Positions 40,106 to 49,827 of a stretch of DNA of 64,000 bases are shown piece after piece; positions within the stretch are counted from its first letter, which is position 1; the number at the start of each line of letters is the position of its first letter. The stretch comes from an uncultured Clostridia bacterium. Its GTDB lineage: Bacteria; Bacillota; Clostridia; Christensenellales; UBA1242. The stretch covers positions 42,411 to 106,410 of the forward strand of contig CALVZG010000010.1 in NCBI GenBank assembly GCA_944372465.1, given 5' to 3'. The position numbers and the translations under genes were made by a program. The notes beneath the pieces are model-generated. The model had not been told where the DNA came from. It ran no database searches and saw nothing but the letters and a program-made list of their open reading frames with translations.

Positions 40106-40133
40106 TACTGTGAAGGAGATATGCTTCACAGTA
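40106..40133. repeat. Perfect 10-bp inverted repeat with an 8-bp spacer
   Basis: TACTGTGAAG (40106-40115), GAGATATG spacer, CTTCACAGTA (40124-40133). It lies 36 nt after the recombinase stop and is not followed by a U-tract. Confidence 0.6.
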
Positions 40134-40140
40134 GATAGAA

Positions 40141-40188
40141 AGAAGTTAAGCTTATGAATTATGTGTCTTGACTTCTTTTTATTTTTTA
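40141..40188 (+). terminator. Rho-independent terminator of the recombinase gene
   Basis: AGAAGTTAAG pairs with CTTGACTTCT (1 mismatch) and is followed by TTTTATTTTTT. Confidence 0.6.
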
Positions 40189-40201
40189 ACAAATTTTTAT
40201 T

Positions 40202-40245
40202 GTAAAAAATGCAAAACAATATAAATTTTAAAAATTGCTTTGCAT
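40202..40245 (-). terminator. Rho-independent terminator of spoIVB
   Basis: On the minus strand, ATGCAAAGCAAT pairs with ATTGTTTTGCAT and is followed by T6. Confidence 0.6.
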
Positions 40246-40267
40246 CTTTATTTCTTCTTTTTTTATT

Positions 40268-41500
40268 TTAAGATATTTGTTCTAGCATCCAATCGCTATA
40301 AACACCATAGCCTTTAGTTGAATCAGAAAGAAAAACATGTGTTACCGCACCAACTAATTTATCATCTTGTACTATTGGAGAACCGCTCATTCCTTGCACT
40401 ATACCACCCGTCAATTCAAGTAATCTTTTATCTGTTACTCTAAAAACAATGCTCTTGTCGCTACTCTTTGACTGGAAATTAGCTTTTATGATTTCTATTT
40501 CATATTCCTCTTGAATACCGCTAATACTTGATATTATCTTTGCTTTACCCGGTTTTACACTTAATCTTCCACCTATTTTTAAACTTCTATTAAAATCGAC
40601 TAATCCATTATAATTACTTAAATTACCAAATATACCATATGGTGTATTTTGAGTTATATCCCCTTTTGAATCTTTTTGTACAAATACGGCTCTTAATTCT
40701 CCTGGTTTATTTTTTGACCCTTTGTTAATTCCAACAAGGTTACAATTATATATATTTCCTTCAATAATTGGAACTATTGTATCGCTATTACCATTTGTTA
40801 CAGCATGGCCTAAAGCACCATATGCCCCGTCTTTTTCTCTAACAAAAGTTAAAGTACCTACTCCAGATATATCATTTTTAACCCAAACACCCAATTTATA
40901 TTTATTTTCTGAATCTTTAAGTAAAGAAACAGATATATTTTTATCCTTATTATTGCGTATTATTTCAACATCTACAGTGTCGCTATTAGAATTTAATAAA
41001 ATATTGTCTATATCATCTAAATCTTCTATTTCATTATTGTTTATTTTTTTAATAATATCTCCAGTTTTTAAAAATTTATTTTTTATAATTTCATTGTTTG
41101 AAACATTTATAATAGTGTCGCTAACTACCATAACTCCAGATGTTTTAACAGAAAGACCTATTGGTGTACCTCCTGCCAAAACTTCATCTTCAGGCAATAC
41201 ACTTACTTTCACCTTTTTTATAGGTATTATACCAAAAAGTTTAAATATAACAGAATTTTCTTCTTCATTATCAACTCCTGTGGATAATTCATCTTTTTCT
41301 AAAGATATTGTTATAAAATTGCCAAATCGATTGTCTTTATTGGCATCTTCAATCTCACTATAATTTGTATAAAAGTTATCACTTATATTTGCTATATCTG
41401 AAAATTTAATATTACTATAAAAAACTAAAATAAAAAATAAAATTAAAGGTAATACAAAAAAAGATTTATATTTTTTCTTTTTGTACATTTTCTCCTCCAA
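40268..41500 (-). CDS. spoIVB: SpoIVB signalling serine peptidase (S55)
   Basis: N-terminal TM helix, PDZ domain, GTLTF...GALGH and QGMSGSPIV catalytic motifs. Confidence 0.9.
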   Translation of the reverse strand: MEEKMYKKKKYKSFFVLPLILFFILVFYSNIKFSDIANISDNFYTNYSEIEDANKDNRFGNFITISLEKDELSTGVDNEEENSVIFKLFGIIPIKKVKVSVLPEDEVLAGGTPIGLSVKTSGVMVVSDTIINVSNNEIIKNKFLKTGDIIKKINNNEIEDLDDIDNILLNSNSDTVDVEIIRNNKDKNISVSLLKDSENKYKLGVWVKNDISGVGTLTFVREKDGAYGALGHAVTNGNSDTIVPIIEGNIYNCNLVGINKGSKNKPGELRAVFVQKDSKGDITQNTPYGIFGNLSNYNGLVDFNRSLKIGGRLSVKPGKAKIISSISGIQEEYEIEIIKANFQSKSSDKSIVFRVTDKRLLELTGGIVQGMSGSPIVQDDKLVGAVTHVFLSDSTKGYGVYSDWMLEQIS

Positions 41501-41528
41501 AAAAATAGACTAACTAAAAGTTAGTCTA
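41499..41528 (-). terminator. Terminator after recN, abutting the spoIVB SD
   Basis: On the minus strand, TAGACTAAC pairs with GTTAGTCTA and is followed by T7. GGAGGAG and the spoIVB ATG come immediately after. Confidence 0.55.
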
Positions 41529-41551
41529 CTCATTTAATTAAATTTTATTCG

Positions 41552-43219
41552 TTATTTCAATTTACCTGCAAGCAATCGCATTTCTTTTGCATGAGAAAGT
41601 GCCACCTCTGTTACATTATCACCGCCTATCATTCTTGCAATATTATATATAATTTGCTCGTCTTTTAACTGTGTAACATTAGTAAATGTAGAATTCTCTT
41701 TTTCGTACTTATTTACATAATAAAAGCAATCACCATAACAAGCAACTTGTGGTAAATGGGTAATACATAATATTTGGGAATATTTTGAAAGATTATTTAA
41801 TTTTTCGCCAACTATTTTGCCCATTTCTCCACTTATACCTGCATCAATTTCATCAAAAATAAAAGTTTGTGCACTTCCTATTTGTGCAAAAATGTTTTTA
41901 AATGCAAGCATAAAACGACTAAGTTCTCCGCCTGATGCAGTCTTTGTTAAAGATTTTAACTCTTGCCCTTTATTTGCTGAAAAAATAAATTCTATATCAT
42001 CTTGACCATTTGATGATATTGTATCAAGTTTTTTAAATTCCACTTCAAATCGACTTGATTTCATTCCAAGTTCGCAAAGTTGTTGAGTTATTTTTTCTTT
42101 TATTTCTTCCGTGACACCCTTTCTTAACTCGGTAAGGTTATTTGCATAATCTGATAAATTTTTGGTTACTTTATTTTTATCAATTTCAAGTTCTGCTAGT
42201 AAACTTTCGCTATTTTCTAGTTCGTTATATTGTAATTTTGCATCTTCTAAATATTTTAAAGTTGCTTCAATTGTTCCACCATATTTTTTTACTAAAGACT
42301 TTATCAAATCATTTCTTCTATCAAGTCTTTCAAATTCGTTTTCATCAAACTCTGTGGTAGATTTTAATTCTAAAAGCGTTTGATATATATCTTCAATTTC
42401 GTATTTAGCACTATCTAGCCTTTGCTTGCAGTCATCTATTTTATCAAATCCTGCTATTGATGAAAGCGATGTTATTGCATACTGCAATGTATTTAAACAG
42501 GACATTGAATTATCTGATAAATACTCTTCACAATTACTTATAGACTGGAAAATTTTTTCAGCATTATTTAAAAATCTTAATCTTTTATGAATTTCATCAT
42601 CTTCACCTATTTCTAATTTTGCATCTTCTATTTCATTAATTTGATATAAAAGTAAAGACTTTGTGCGTTCTCTTTCAAAATTATCTCCGCCAAGTTTTTC
42701 AATTTTTTTATTTATTTCACTTAATTTTTGAAATTCATTTCTAACATTATCTTTAACATCTTTTATTTTATCTTGACCAAATCTGTCAAGCATTATTATA
42801 TGATTTTTTGCTTTTAATAAATCTATACTTTCATGTTGGGAGTAACTATTTACCAATATTTCACCAACATCTTTCAAAATCGCCTGTGTTGTAGGAGCTC
42901 CATTTATTCTTACAATAGACTTTCCATCTATAGAGTAACTTCTAGACAAAACAATTTCCTCTCCCTCATATCCTAGTTCATTAAGAAGTATCTGTGCTTG
43001 CTCTTTGATATTTGTAAACAAAGCATCAACTTTCATTAAAGACTCACCACTTCTTAACAAAGTTTTGTCAACCTTTGCTCCTAAAACAAAATTTAAAGCA
43101 TCAAAAATAATGCTTTTTCCTGCCCCCGTTTCACCCAACAAAACATTAAAACCATTGTCAAATTCAATGGTCAAGTCAGAAATTAAAGCCACATTTTTTA
43201 TAGAAAGTGTTTGAAGCAT
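41552..43219 (-). CDS. recN: DNA repair protein RecN
   Basis: LLGETGAGKSI Walker A, coiled coil, and the ASGGELSRFMLA signature. Confidence 0.95.
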   Translation of the reverse strand: MLQTLSIKNVALISDLTIEFDNGFNVLLGETGAGKSIIFDALNFVLGAKVDKTLLRSGESLMKVDALFTNIKEQAQILLNELGYEGEEIVLSRSYSIDGKSIVRINGAPTTQAILKDVGEILVNSYSQHESIDLLKAKNHIIMLDRFGQDKIKDVKDNVRNEFQKLSEINKKIEKLGGDNFERERTKSLLLYQINEIEDAKLEIGEDDEIHKRLRFLNNAEKIFQSISNCEEYLSDNSMSCLNTLQYAITSLSSIAGFDKIDDCKQRLDSAKYEIEDIYQTLLELKSTTEFDENEFERLDRRNDLIKSLVKKYGGTIEATLKYLEDAKLQYNELENSESLLAELEIDKNKVTKNLSDYANNLTELRKGVTEEIKEKITQQLCELGMKSSRFEVEFKKLDTISSNGQDDIEFIFSANKGQELKSLTKTASGGELSRFMLAFKNIFAQIGSAQTFIFDEIDAGISGEMGKIVGEKLNNLSKYSQILCITHLPQVACYGDCFYYVNKYEKENSTFTNVTQLKDEQIIYNIARMIGGDNVTEVALSHAKEMRLLAGKLK

Positions 43220-43291
43220 ATTTACCTCTTGTTTTTCTTTTTATAATTTATCTTTAAAAATTGTAAAAATTTAAATTACTTAATTGCTATA

Positions 43292-43744
43292 TCAATTTAA
43301 CATATCGTTAAGTGTTACAACAGCTTCACTTGCAAGAGTAACTGACGGAAATATTAGCATAACTGTATCATCTCCATTAACCGCTCCCATAAGTTCATTT
43401 ATATTTAGTTTATCAACAAAACTAGAAAGACCTGCACCTAGTCCTTTCATAGTTTTAATAACTACAAGATTCATGGCACCTTTAATAGAAATTACTGACT
43501 CCTTAAAAATAGTTATATATTTATTTGATATAACTTGTTCATCTGAGCCAACAAAACAATATTTATACTTTCCTGAACTAGACAAAATTTTTGTAAGACC
43601 AAGCTCTTTAATATCTCTTGAAATAGTCGCTTGAGTGATATCAAAGTTGGCGTTTTTAAGTTCTCTTGCAAGTTCATCTTGAGTTTCAATCTCTTTTGTA
43701 GAAATTAATTCCAAGATTTTTGATTGTCTTGCACTTCTTGCCAT
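43292..43744 (-). CDS. argR: Arginine repressor
   Basis: R.SKILELI....I.TQDEL...L....F.ITQATISRDIKELGL and the C-terminal GTIAGDDT-like segment (GAVNGDDTVM). Confidence 0.95.
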   Translation of the reverse strand: MARSARQSKILELISTKEIETQDELARELKNANFDITQATISRDIKELGLTKILSSSGKYKYCFVGSDEQVISNKYITIFKESVISIKGAMNLVVIKTMKGLGAGLSSFVDKLNINELMGAVNGDDTVMLIFPSVTLASEAVVTLNDMLN

Positions 43745-43793
43745 AATTTCTCCTTAATCGCTACAGTCCTTTATTTATAAGGTGTATAGCATT

Positions 43794-43829
43794 TATGAAT
43801 ATTTATAAATTTATGAATATTCATTCATT
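43794..43829. promoter_or_regulatory. Two adjacent ARG-box-like operators upstream of argR
   Basis: TATGAATATTTATAAATT (43794-43811) and TATGAATATTCATTCATT (43812-43829) compared with the consensus TNTGAATWWWWATTCANW give 16/18 and 17/18 by my count. A half-site ATACATTCAT lies near 43884. Confidence 0.6.
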
Positions 43830-43836
43830 TTTGATT

Positions 43837-43865
43837 ATTATACATCATTTTTTATAATTATGCAA
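43837..43865 (-). promoter_or_regulatory. Sigma-A promoter of argR-recN
   Basis: On the minus strand: TTGCAT (43865-43860), 17-bp spacer, TATAAT (43842-43837). The ARG boxes start right after the predicted TSS. Confidence 0.5.
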
Positions 43866-44020
43866 GTGATTTTTGTATATTTATACATTCATTTTTGATA
43901 TATATTGAATAAAATGAAAGATTATAAAATTCAATTTTATTTTTATAAAAAAATATGCATAGTCCATTTATAATAGTTTATATTTCTCTATTTCTGCCCT
44001 ATCTAAATTTAAAATTAAAA

Positions 44021-44070
44021 TGAAAAAAATAGCCTTTTAAACAGATTTAATATCTTTTAAAAGACTATTT
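44021..44070 (-). terminator. Rho-independent terminator after thiI
   Basis: On the minus strand, AAATAGTCTTTTAA pairs with TTAAAAGGCTATTT (13/14) and is followed by T7. Confidence 0.55.
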
Positions 44071-44115
44071 TATAATATAAATTTTATTAATATATTAATA
44101 TTTAAAAAAATTTTT

Positions 44116-45282
44116 TTAATTAGTTTCTTTTCCTATAATCATTACCTCTTCATTGTCAACACATTCCAAAACAAGTTTTTCAATATCTAACTTCTCCTCT
44201 TCTCTCATCGCTTGAGGTATTGTTGGCTTTATTACAGGGTTTTTAGGTAGAAAGACGGTACAGCAATCTTCATATGGAAGTATTGATGTTTGATATGTGT
44301 TTATTTCATTTGATATTTTCATAATATCTTCTTTATCCATTGCTATACATGGTCTAAATATAGGTTTTTCTTTTACTACACTTCCTGTAACCGTCATACT
44401 TTGCATAGTTTGACTTGCAACTTGCCCAAGGCTTTCACCTGTAATTATAGCACCCAAATTATATTTATCACAAATTCTTTCTGCAACTCTCATCATTATT
44501 CTACGCATAATAGTTATCATGAATTCAGCTTTACAATTTTTATGAATTTCCTCTTGTACTTTTGTAAATGAAACTATGTGCAGTTTAATTTGCCCTACAT
44601 ATTCAGACAACAAATTTGCGAGTTTTACAACCTTTTCTCTTGCAAGTTCTGAAGTATAAGGATAACTATGAAAATGCAAAGCCTCTATTTCCATTCCTCT
44701 TTTTGCAATCAAGTAACCAGCAACAGGACTGTCTATTCCACCAGATAGCAACAACAACCCTTTACCAGAACTTCCCAAAGGAAGTCCTCTTTGACATTTT
44801 ATTATTTTATCAAATATATATGCCTTCTTATTCATTCTTATGTCAACATGAATTTCACATTGTGGACTATATAAATCTACGCTACTACCCTCATTTTTAG
44901 TTAAAATAAATTCACCTAATTTTTTTGATAAGTCCATTGAAGGTATTGGGAATGTTTTATCTGCCCTCTTAACAAAAACTTTAAACGACTTATTTTTGCA
45001 ATCTATATTATTTATTTCTTGCATAATGCTTTCCATTGTAGCATCTACTTCTTTTGCAGGACTTAAACTATATAGTCCAAAAACTTTTTTTAATTTATTA
45101 ATGATAATATTTTCTCTTTTTTCGTCATAATTGCAAACAACATATCTTCCAAATGTTTTTTCAAATTTAAACCTCTCACCTTCTAACATTATTTTTATGT
45201 TTTTGATTAAAGTATTTTCAAAAATATTTCTGTTATGTCCTTTTAAATATAACTCTCCAAATCTTAATAAAATAACATTCAT
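44116..45282 (-). CDS. thiI: tRNA 4-thiouridine(8) synthase ThiI
   Basis: RFGELYLKG.NR, THUMP domain, and the PP-loop LLSGGIDSPVA. Confidence 0.9.
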   Translation of the reverse strand: MNVILLRFGELYLKGHNRNIFENTLIKNIKIMLEGERFKFEKTFGRYVVCNYDEKRENIIINKLKKVFGLYSLSPAKEVDATMESIMQEINNIDCKNKSFKVFVKRADKTFPIPSMDLSKKLGEFILTKNEGSSVDLYSPQCEIHVDIRMNKKAYIFDKIIKCQRGLPLGSSGKGLLLLSGGIDSPVAGYLIAKRGMEIEALHFHSYPYTSELAREKVVKLANLLSEYVGQIKLHIVSFTKVQEEIHKNCKAEFMITIMRRIMMRVAERICDKYNLGAIITGESLGQVASQTMQSMTVTGSVVKEKPIFRPCIAMDKEDIMKISNEINTYQTSILPYEDCCTVFLPKNPVIKPTIPQAMREEEKLDIEKLVLECVDNEEVMIIGKETN

Positions 45283-46397
45283 TTTACTTTCTCCAATAAA
45301 TATTGATATGTTTCAATAATATTTTTCCCAGCATTTTTAATCTCGTCTAAAGACAATTCTTCGCTAAAAGAAATTCGTATATGAGATTTTATCTTATCTT
45401 GATTTATTCCCATATTTTCTAAAACACGATTGCCTGCCTTTTTAGTAGAACAAGCACTACCTATACCCACAAGAACACCTTTATCTTGCAACGACCTCAT
45501 AAGCGTTTCACCATTAACGCCGCTAAAACTAACACTTAAAATATATGGGCTTTCTGTTTTGATGATATTTACACCTTTTACTGTTTCAAGTTCATTTTCC
45601 ATGCATTTTTTTAATTTTTCTACATATTGATAATTTTTTGTAATATCAATATTATCTATTGCATATCCCATCGCCATAATACCACCAACATTTTCTGTTC
45701 CAGAACGATAACCTTCTTCCTGACCGCCTCCATAAACTATATTTTTTAAGCAAGAAACATCTCTTGCATAAAGAGCACCAACTCCTTTTGGTCCATGAAA
45801 TTTATGTGCTGATAAAGTATAGAAATCAATATTAAGTTCATCAACATTGACAGGAATTTTACAAAACGCTTGAACTCCATCAATATGTAATAAAGCTTTT
45901 GGGCAATATTTTTGCCTAATATTATTAATTAAACTTAAATCATTTATTGCTCCCGTTTCATTACTAACATGCATAATTGATATTAAGCGTGTTTTTTCAT
46001 TGACAACATTTTTTAAATCTTCATAATCAATTTGCCCATTTTCTGTTAATTTAACATAATGTACTATAAACCCTTGATTTTCTAAATATCTTGCCACATT
46101 ATAAACGCTTGGATGTTCACCACTTGAAAACACATATTCCCATTTTCCATTTCTTTTACTTCCCAAAATTGCCAAATTGTTGCTTTCTGTGGCTCCACTT
46201 GTGAAAATAACATTTCCTTTTTCTGCATTTAATGTGTCTTTTATTTTTTGCCTTGTCTTATCTATATCGTGCCTTACATCGATGGCTTGACTATATCCTG
46301 CAGATGGATTGAAGAAAAATTGGCAGGCATATTTTTTATATATGTCTACCCCCTTTTCAAACATTTTGGTTGTCGCAGCATTATCTAAATAAATCAT
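45279..46397 (-). CDS. nifZ: Cysteine desulfurase (class V aminotransferase; NifZ/IscS-like ThiI partner)
   Basis: IYLDNAATT, SAHKFHGPKG (PLP Lys) and GSACS active-site Cys. 4-nt overlaps with both pheT and thiI. Confidence 0.85.
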   Translation of the reverse strand: MIYLDNAATTKMFEKGVDIYKKYACQFFFNPSAGYSQAIDVRHDIDKTRQKIKDTLNAEKGNVIFTSGATESNNLAILGSKRNGKWEYVFSSGEHPSVYNVARYLENQGFIVHYVKLTENGQIDYEDLKNVVNEKTRLISIMHVSNETGAINDLSLINNIRQKYCPKALLHIDGVQAFCKIPVNVDELNIDFYTLSAHKFHGPKGVGALYARDVSCLKNIVYGGGQEEGYRSGTENVGGIMAMGYAIDNIDITKNYQYVEKLKKCMENELETVKGVNIIKTESPYILSVSFSGVNGETLMRSLQDKGVLVGIGSACSTKKAGNRVLENMGINQDKIKSHIRISFSEELSLDEIKNAGKNIIETYQYLLEKVK

Positions 46398-48793
46398 CTT
46401 AAAACTGCTCCATATTTGTATTCAAATGATTTTAATATTTTTTGAATAACCTTATTAACTTCTTCATCAGTTAAAGTTTTATTCATATCAGAAAGTTTAA
46501 CATTAAATGCTATACTTTTCTTATTTTCTCCCAAATTTTTATTTCTATAAATATCAAATATGTTGACTTTATAGAATAATTTCCCACATGATGATTTTAT
46601 CGTTTCAAGCATTTCTTTTGCAGTAACATTTTCATCTACTACAACCGCTAAATCTCTTTCAACAATAGGATATTTTGATATCTCTTTTGCCTCAATCTTT
46701 TTTGCAGGTAAACTTGCAAGATAATCATCATCAATTTCGGCATAAAAAACATTATCATGGAGGTCATAATTCTTTGCTACTATTGGATGAATTTGTCCAA
46801 AAGAGCCTATAACTTTCCCTTCAGCAATAATATCAGCAGAAATTCCTGGATGTAAAAATGGTTGTGTTGACCTTTCAATTGTATATTGCAAAGAAGTTTT
46901 ATCTAATAAAAGTTCAATTATCCCCTTCATACAATAAAAATCAAATTTATTTTCAAGCGTTGCGATTGCTATCATATTTTTTTCAGTAGGAAGTTCAGTT
47001 AATGGTAAAGTATTTGTTAAATAAACTCTGCCACATTCGAAAATTTTTATATCTCTATTCCCCACACTAATATTATAAGCAATATTAGAAAGCATAGAAT
47101 GAGCCATTGATGTTCTCATGCAAGAAATATCATCACTTATAGGATTTGCTATTCTTATTAAATTTTTTCTTATATCATTTAACAACAACTTATCAGCCAT
47201 ATCGCTAGGGACTAAAGTGTATGAAATATTTTCAAAAAAACCATGTTCAACAAGCGCATTTCTAAAACTTCTTTCCATTAATAATCTTGGATGATGATGT
47301 CCTTCTGTTACCGAAGAATTTTTAAATAATTCATAATTTACATTATCATAAGCATCATAGCCATATAATCTTATAATTTCTTCAGCAATATCATAATCAT
47401 TTTCTAAATCTTCTCTATATGGTGGAATTTTACAAACCATTTTATCACCCATAAGAGTTGTTTCAATGCTTAAGTTATTTAAAATTTTTAACATATCTTT
47501 ATCAGAAATTTGCAAGCCCAGAATATCATTTATAAGTTTTACTGAAACAGTAATTTCTCTTGTTTCATTCTTTTGAGATGCTATATCTATTAGGCCTCTT
47601 ACAATCTTACCACATTTAAGTTTTGATATAAGGTGTAAAGCCCTTAACATTCCCATCTCGGCGTTAGCAACATTGACACCCTTTGAATATCTTGCAGAAG
47701 AATCAGTTCTTACTCCTATTTTTCTGCTAGTTATTCTTATTGATTTTAAATCAAAAATAGCACTTTCAAGAATACAGGTCTTTGTATTATCGTTAATACA
47801 AGAATTAGTTCCGCCTATCACACCTGCTATAACCATAGGTTTTTGATTATCTGCTATGACCATAATACTTTCATCTAAATTGTATGTATTATGATTCAAT
47901 ACTTCAATTTTTTCACCTATCTTTGCTTGTCTAACATTAATTTGTTTCCCACCTATCAACTCTTCATCAAAAGCATGCAAAGGTTGTCCCATTTCAATTA
48001 AAACATAATTTGTTATATCTACAAGAGTATTTATAGGCTTTATTCCGACCGCATTTAACCTAGCCCTCATCCAAAGAGGAGATTTCTCTATTTTTACATT
48101 TGTAATAGCTGACGCCATATAACGCATACAATTAGGAGTTGTTACATTAACATTCACATAATCTCTAACTGTATCTTTTGCATAAACATCTATATCATAG
48201 CTAAGGTTTATCTTTTTCATATCTAAACCATACAACGCACATACTTCACGAGCAATACCAACAACACTCATGCAATCAGCCCTGTTTGGAGTAATGTTTA
48301 TATCAAATACAATATCATCTAATTTTAATGCCTTGTCAATATTTTCTCCTATTTTCATATCGTTAGGTAAAATTAATATGCCATTAACACCCGCACCATC
48401 AAAATAGTTTTCATCTATTCCTAACTCTTCTCCAGAGCAGAACATTCCATTAGATTCTATTCCTCGTAATTTAGATTTTTGTATTTTAATACCATTAACA
48501 AGGTCTGCACCCGGCAAGCTTACAGGAACAACTGCCCCTTCAAAAACATTTGTAGCCGCTGTTATTATTTGGGTTATCTCTCGACCTATATCTACTTGAC
48601 ATACAACTAACTTATCCGCTTGAGGATGTTTCTCTATTTTTAAAATTTTACCTACAACTACATCATGAAGATGTTCATTTTGATATATGATTTCTTCAAC
48701 TTCCATCCCGGCAGATGTCAATCTTTTTGCTACATCTTCTGGTTGCATGGTTATGTTTACAAATTCTTTTAACCAATTATAAGATATTTTCAT
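46394..48793 (-). CDS. pheT: Phenylalanyl-tRNA synthetase beta subunit
   Basis: MKISYNWLKEF..., 799 aa, with B3/4, B5 and FDX-ACB regions. Confidence 0.95.
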   Translation of the reverse strand: MKISYNWLKEFVNITMQPEDVAKRLTSAGMEVEEIIYQNEHLHDVVVGKILKIEKHPQADKLVVCQVDIGREITQIITAATNVFEGAVVPVSLPGADLVNGIKIQKSKLRGIESNGMFCSGEELGIDENYFDGAGVNGILILPNDMKIGENIDKALKLDDIVFDINITPNRADCMSVVGIAREVCALYGLDMKKINLSYDIDVYAKDTVRDYVNVNVTTPNCMRYMASAITNVKIEKSPLWMRARLNAVGIKPINTLVDITNYVLIEMGQPLHAFDEELIGGKQINVRQAKIGEKIEVLNHNTYNLDESIMVIADNQKPMVIAGVIGGTNSCINDNTKTCILESAIFDLKSIRITSRKIGVRTDSSARYSKGVNVANAEMGMLRALHLISKLKCGKIVRGLIDIASQKNETREITVSVKLINDILGLQISDKDMLKILNNLSIETTLMGDKMVCKIPPYREDLENDYDIAEEIIRLYGYDAYDNVNYELFKNSSVTEGHHHPRLLMERSFRNALVEHGFFENISYTLVPSDMADKLLLNDIRKNLIRIANPISDDISCMRTSMAHSMLSNIAYNISVGNRDIKIFECGRVYLTNTLPLTELPTEKNMIAIATLENKFDFYCMKGIIELLLDKTSLQYTIERSTQPFLHPGISADIIAEGKVIGSFGQIHPIVAKNYDLHDNVFYAEIDDDYLASLPAKKIEAKEISKYPIVERDLAVVVDENVTAKEMLETIKSSCGKLFYKVNIFDIYRNKNLGENKKSIAFNVKLSDMNKTLTDEEVNKVIQKILKSFEYKYGAVLR

Positions 48794-48804
48794 TTTTATC
48801 TCCT

Positions 48805-49827
48805 TTATCTCATTTGCTCTAGAAATCTAATGTCGTTTTTATATAGTGATTTTATATTGCTGATACTATCAAGTATCATTGCAGTTCTATCTAGACCAAA
48901 TCCGAAAGCAAAACCTCTATATTTTTTACTATCAATTCCTGATATTTCAAGAACTTTTGGATTTACGACTCCTGCACCAAGAAGTTCAAGCATACCACTT
49001 CCTTTACAAATATTACAGCCTTTTCCATGACAATTAGGACATGATACATCAACCTCTATACTTGGTTCTGTAAAAGGGAAAAATGATGGTCTAAATCGTA
49101 TCATTGTTTCTTCACCATAAAGCCTTTTCATAAGTATTGTCAACATAGATTTTAAATCTGCCATTGAAATATTTTCGTCAACTACAAGACCTTCAAGTTG
49201 ATGAAATATAGGGCTATGAGTTGCATCACTATCGTTTCTATAAGTTTTACCCGGACATACTATTTTAAATGGTGGTTTTCTTTTCTCCATTTCTCTTGCT
49301 TGTACAGCAGAAGTTTGAGATCTTAATAAAATTTCATCTGTTATAAAAAATGTATCCTGCATATCTCTTGATGGATGATTTTTAGGTATATTCATTGCCT
49401 CAAAATTATAATAATCACTTTCAATTTCTGGACCTTCTACAACAGAAAAACCCATATCAACACAAATATCAGTTAACCTATCTATAACATTAGTAATTGG
49501 ATGAAAAGCACCAATTTCTAGACCTTTTGACGGTTCTGTAATGTCAATTTGTTCCTCTTTAAGTCTTTTATTTAATTCTTCCTTCTCAAATTCTTCAGTC
49601 TTTTTTCCCAATCTTTCTTCAATTGTTTTTCTTACTTCATTAATCATTGCACCAAATTTAGGTCTTTCTGTGGGCTCAACCTCACGCATATTTTTAGAAA
49701 CTGTTGTGATGACTCCTGATTTACCAAAAGCATTTATTCTCACATCATTAAGTTCTTTTAAATTAGAAGATTTTTCTATTTCTTTAATTAATTTTTCTTT
49801 AATATCATTTAACTCACTTAAAAGCAT
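48805..49827 (-). CDS. pheS: Phenylalanyl-tRNA synthetase alpha subunit
   Basis: The true start is MLLSELNDIK after GGAAGGAG. The track's 46-aa N-terminal extension reads through the T-box terminator. Class II motifs (FRPSFFPFTEPS, GFAFGFGLDR) are present. Confidence 0.95.
   Translation of the reverse strand: MLLSELNDIKEKLIKEIEKSSNLKELNDVRINAFGKSGVITTVSKNMREVEPTERPKFGAMINEVRKTIEERLGKKTEEFEKEELNKRLKEEQIDITEPSKGLEIGAFHPITNVIDRLTDICVDMGFSVVEGPEIESDYYNFEAMNIPKNHPSRDMQDTFFITDEILLRSQTSAVQAREMEKRKPPFKIVCPGKTYRNDSDATHSPIFHQLEGLVVDENISMADLKSMLTILMKRLYGEETMIRFRPSFFPFTEPSIEVDVSCPNCHGKGCNICKGSGMLELLGAGVVNPKVLEISGIDSKKYRGFAFGFGLDRTAMILDSISNIKSLYKNDIRFLEQMR

Noticed and set aside
40722-41363. 213-aa plus-strand ORF
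   Set aside because: It lies entirely antisense to spoIVB, which has clear catalytic motifs. Its S/L/I/F/T-rich composition is the typical mirror of a K/E/N/D-rich AT-rich gene, and it has no SD.
43284-43634. 116-aa plus-strand ORF
   Set aside because: It is antisense to argR.
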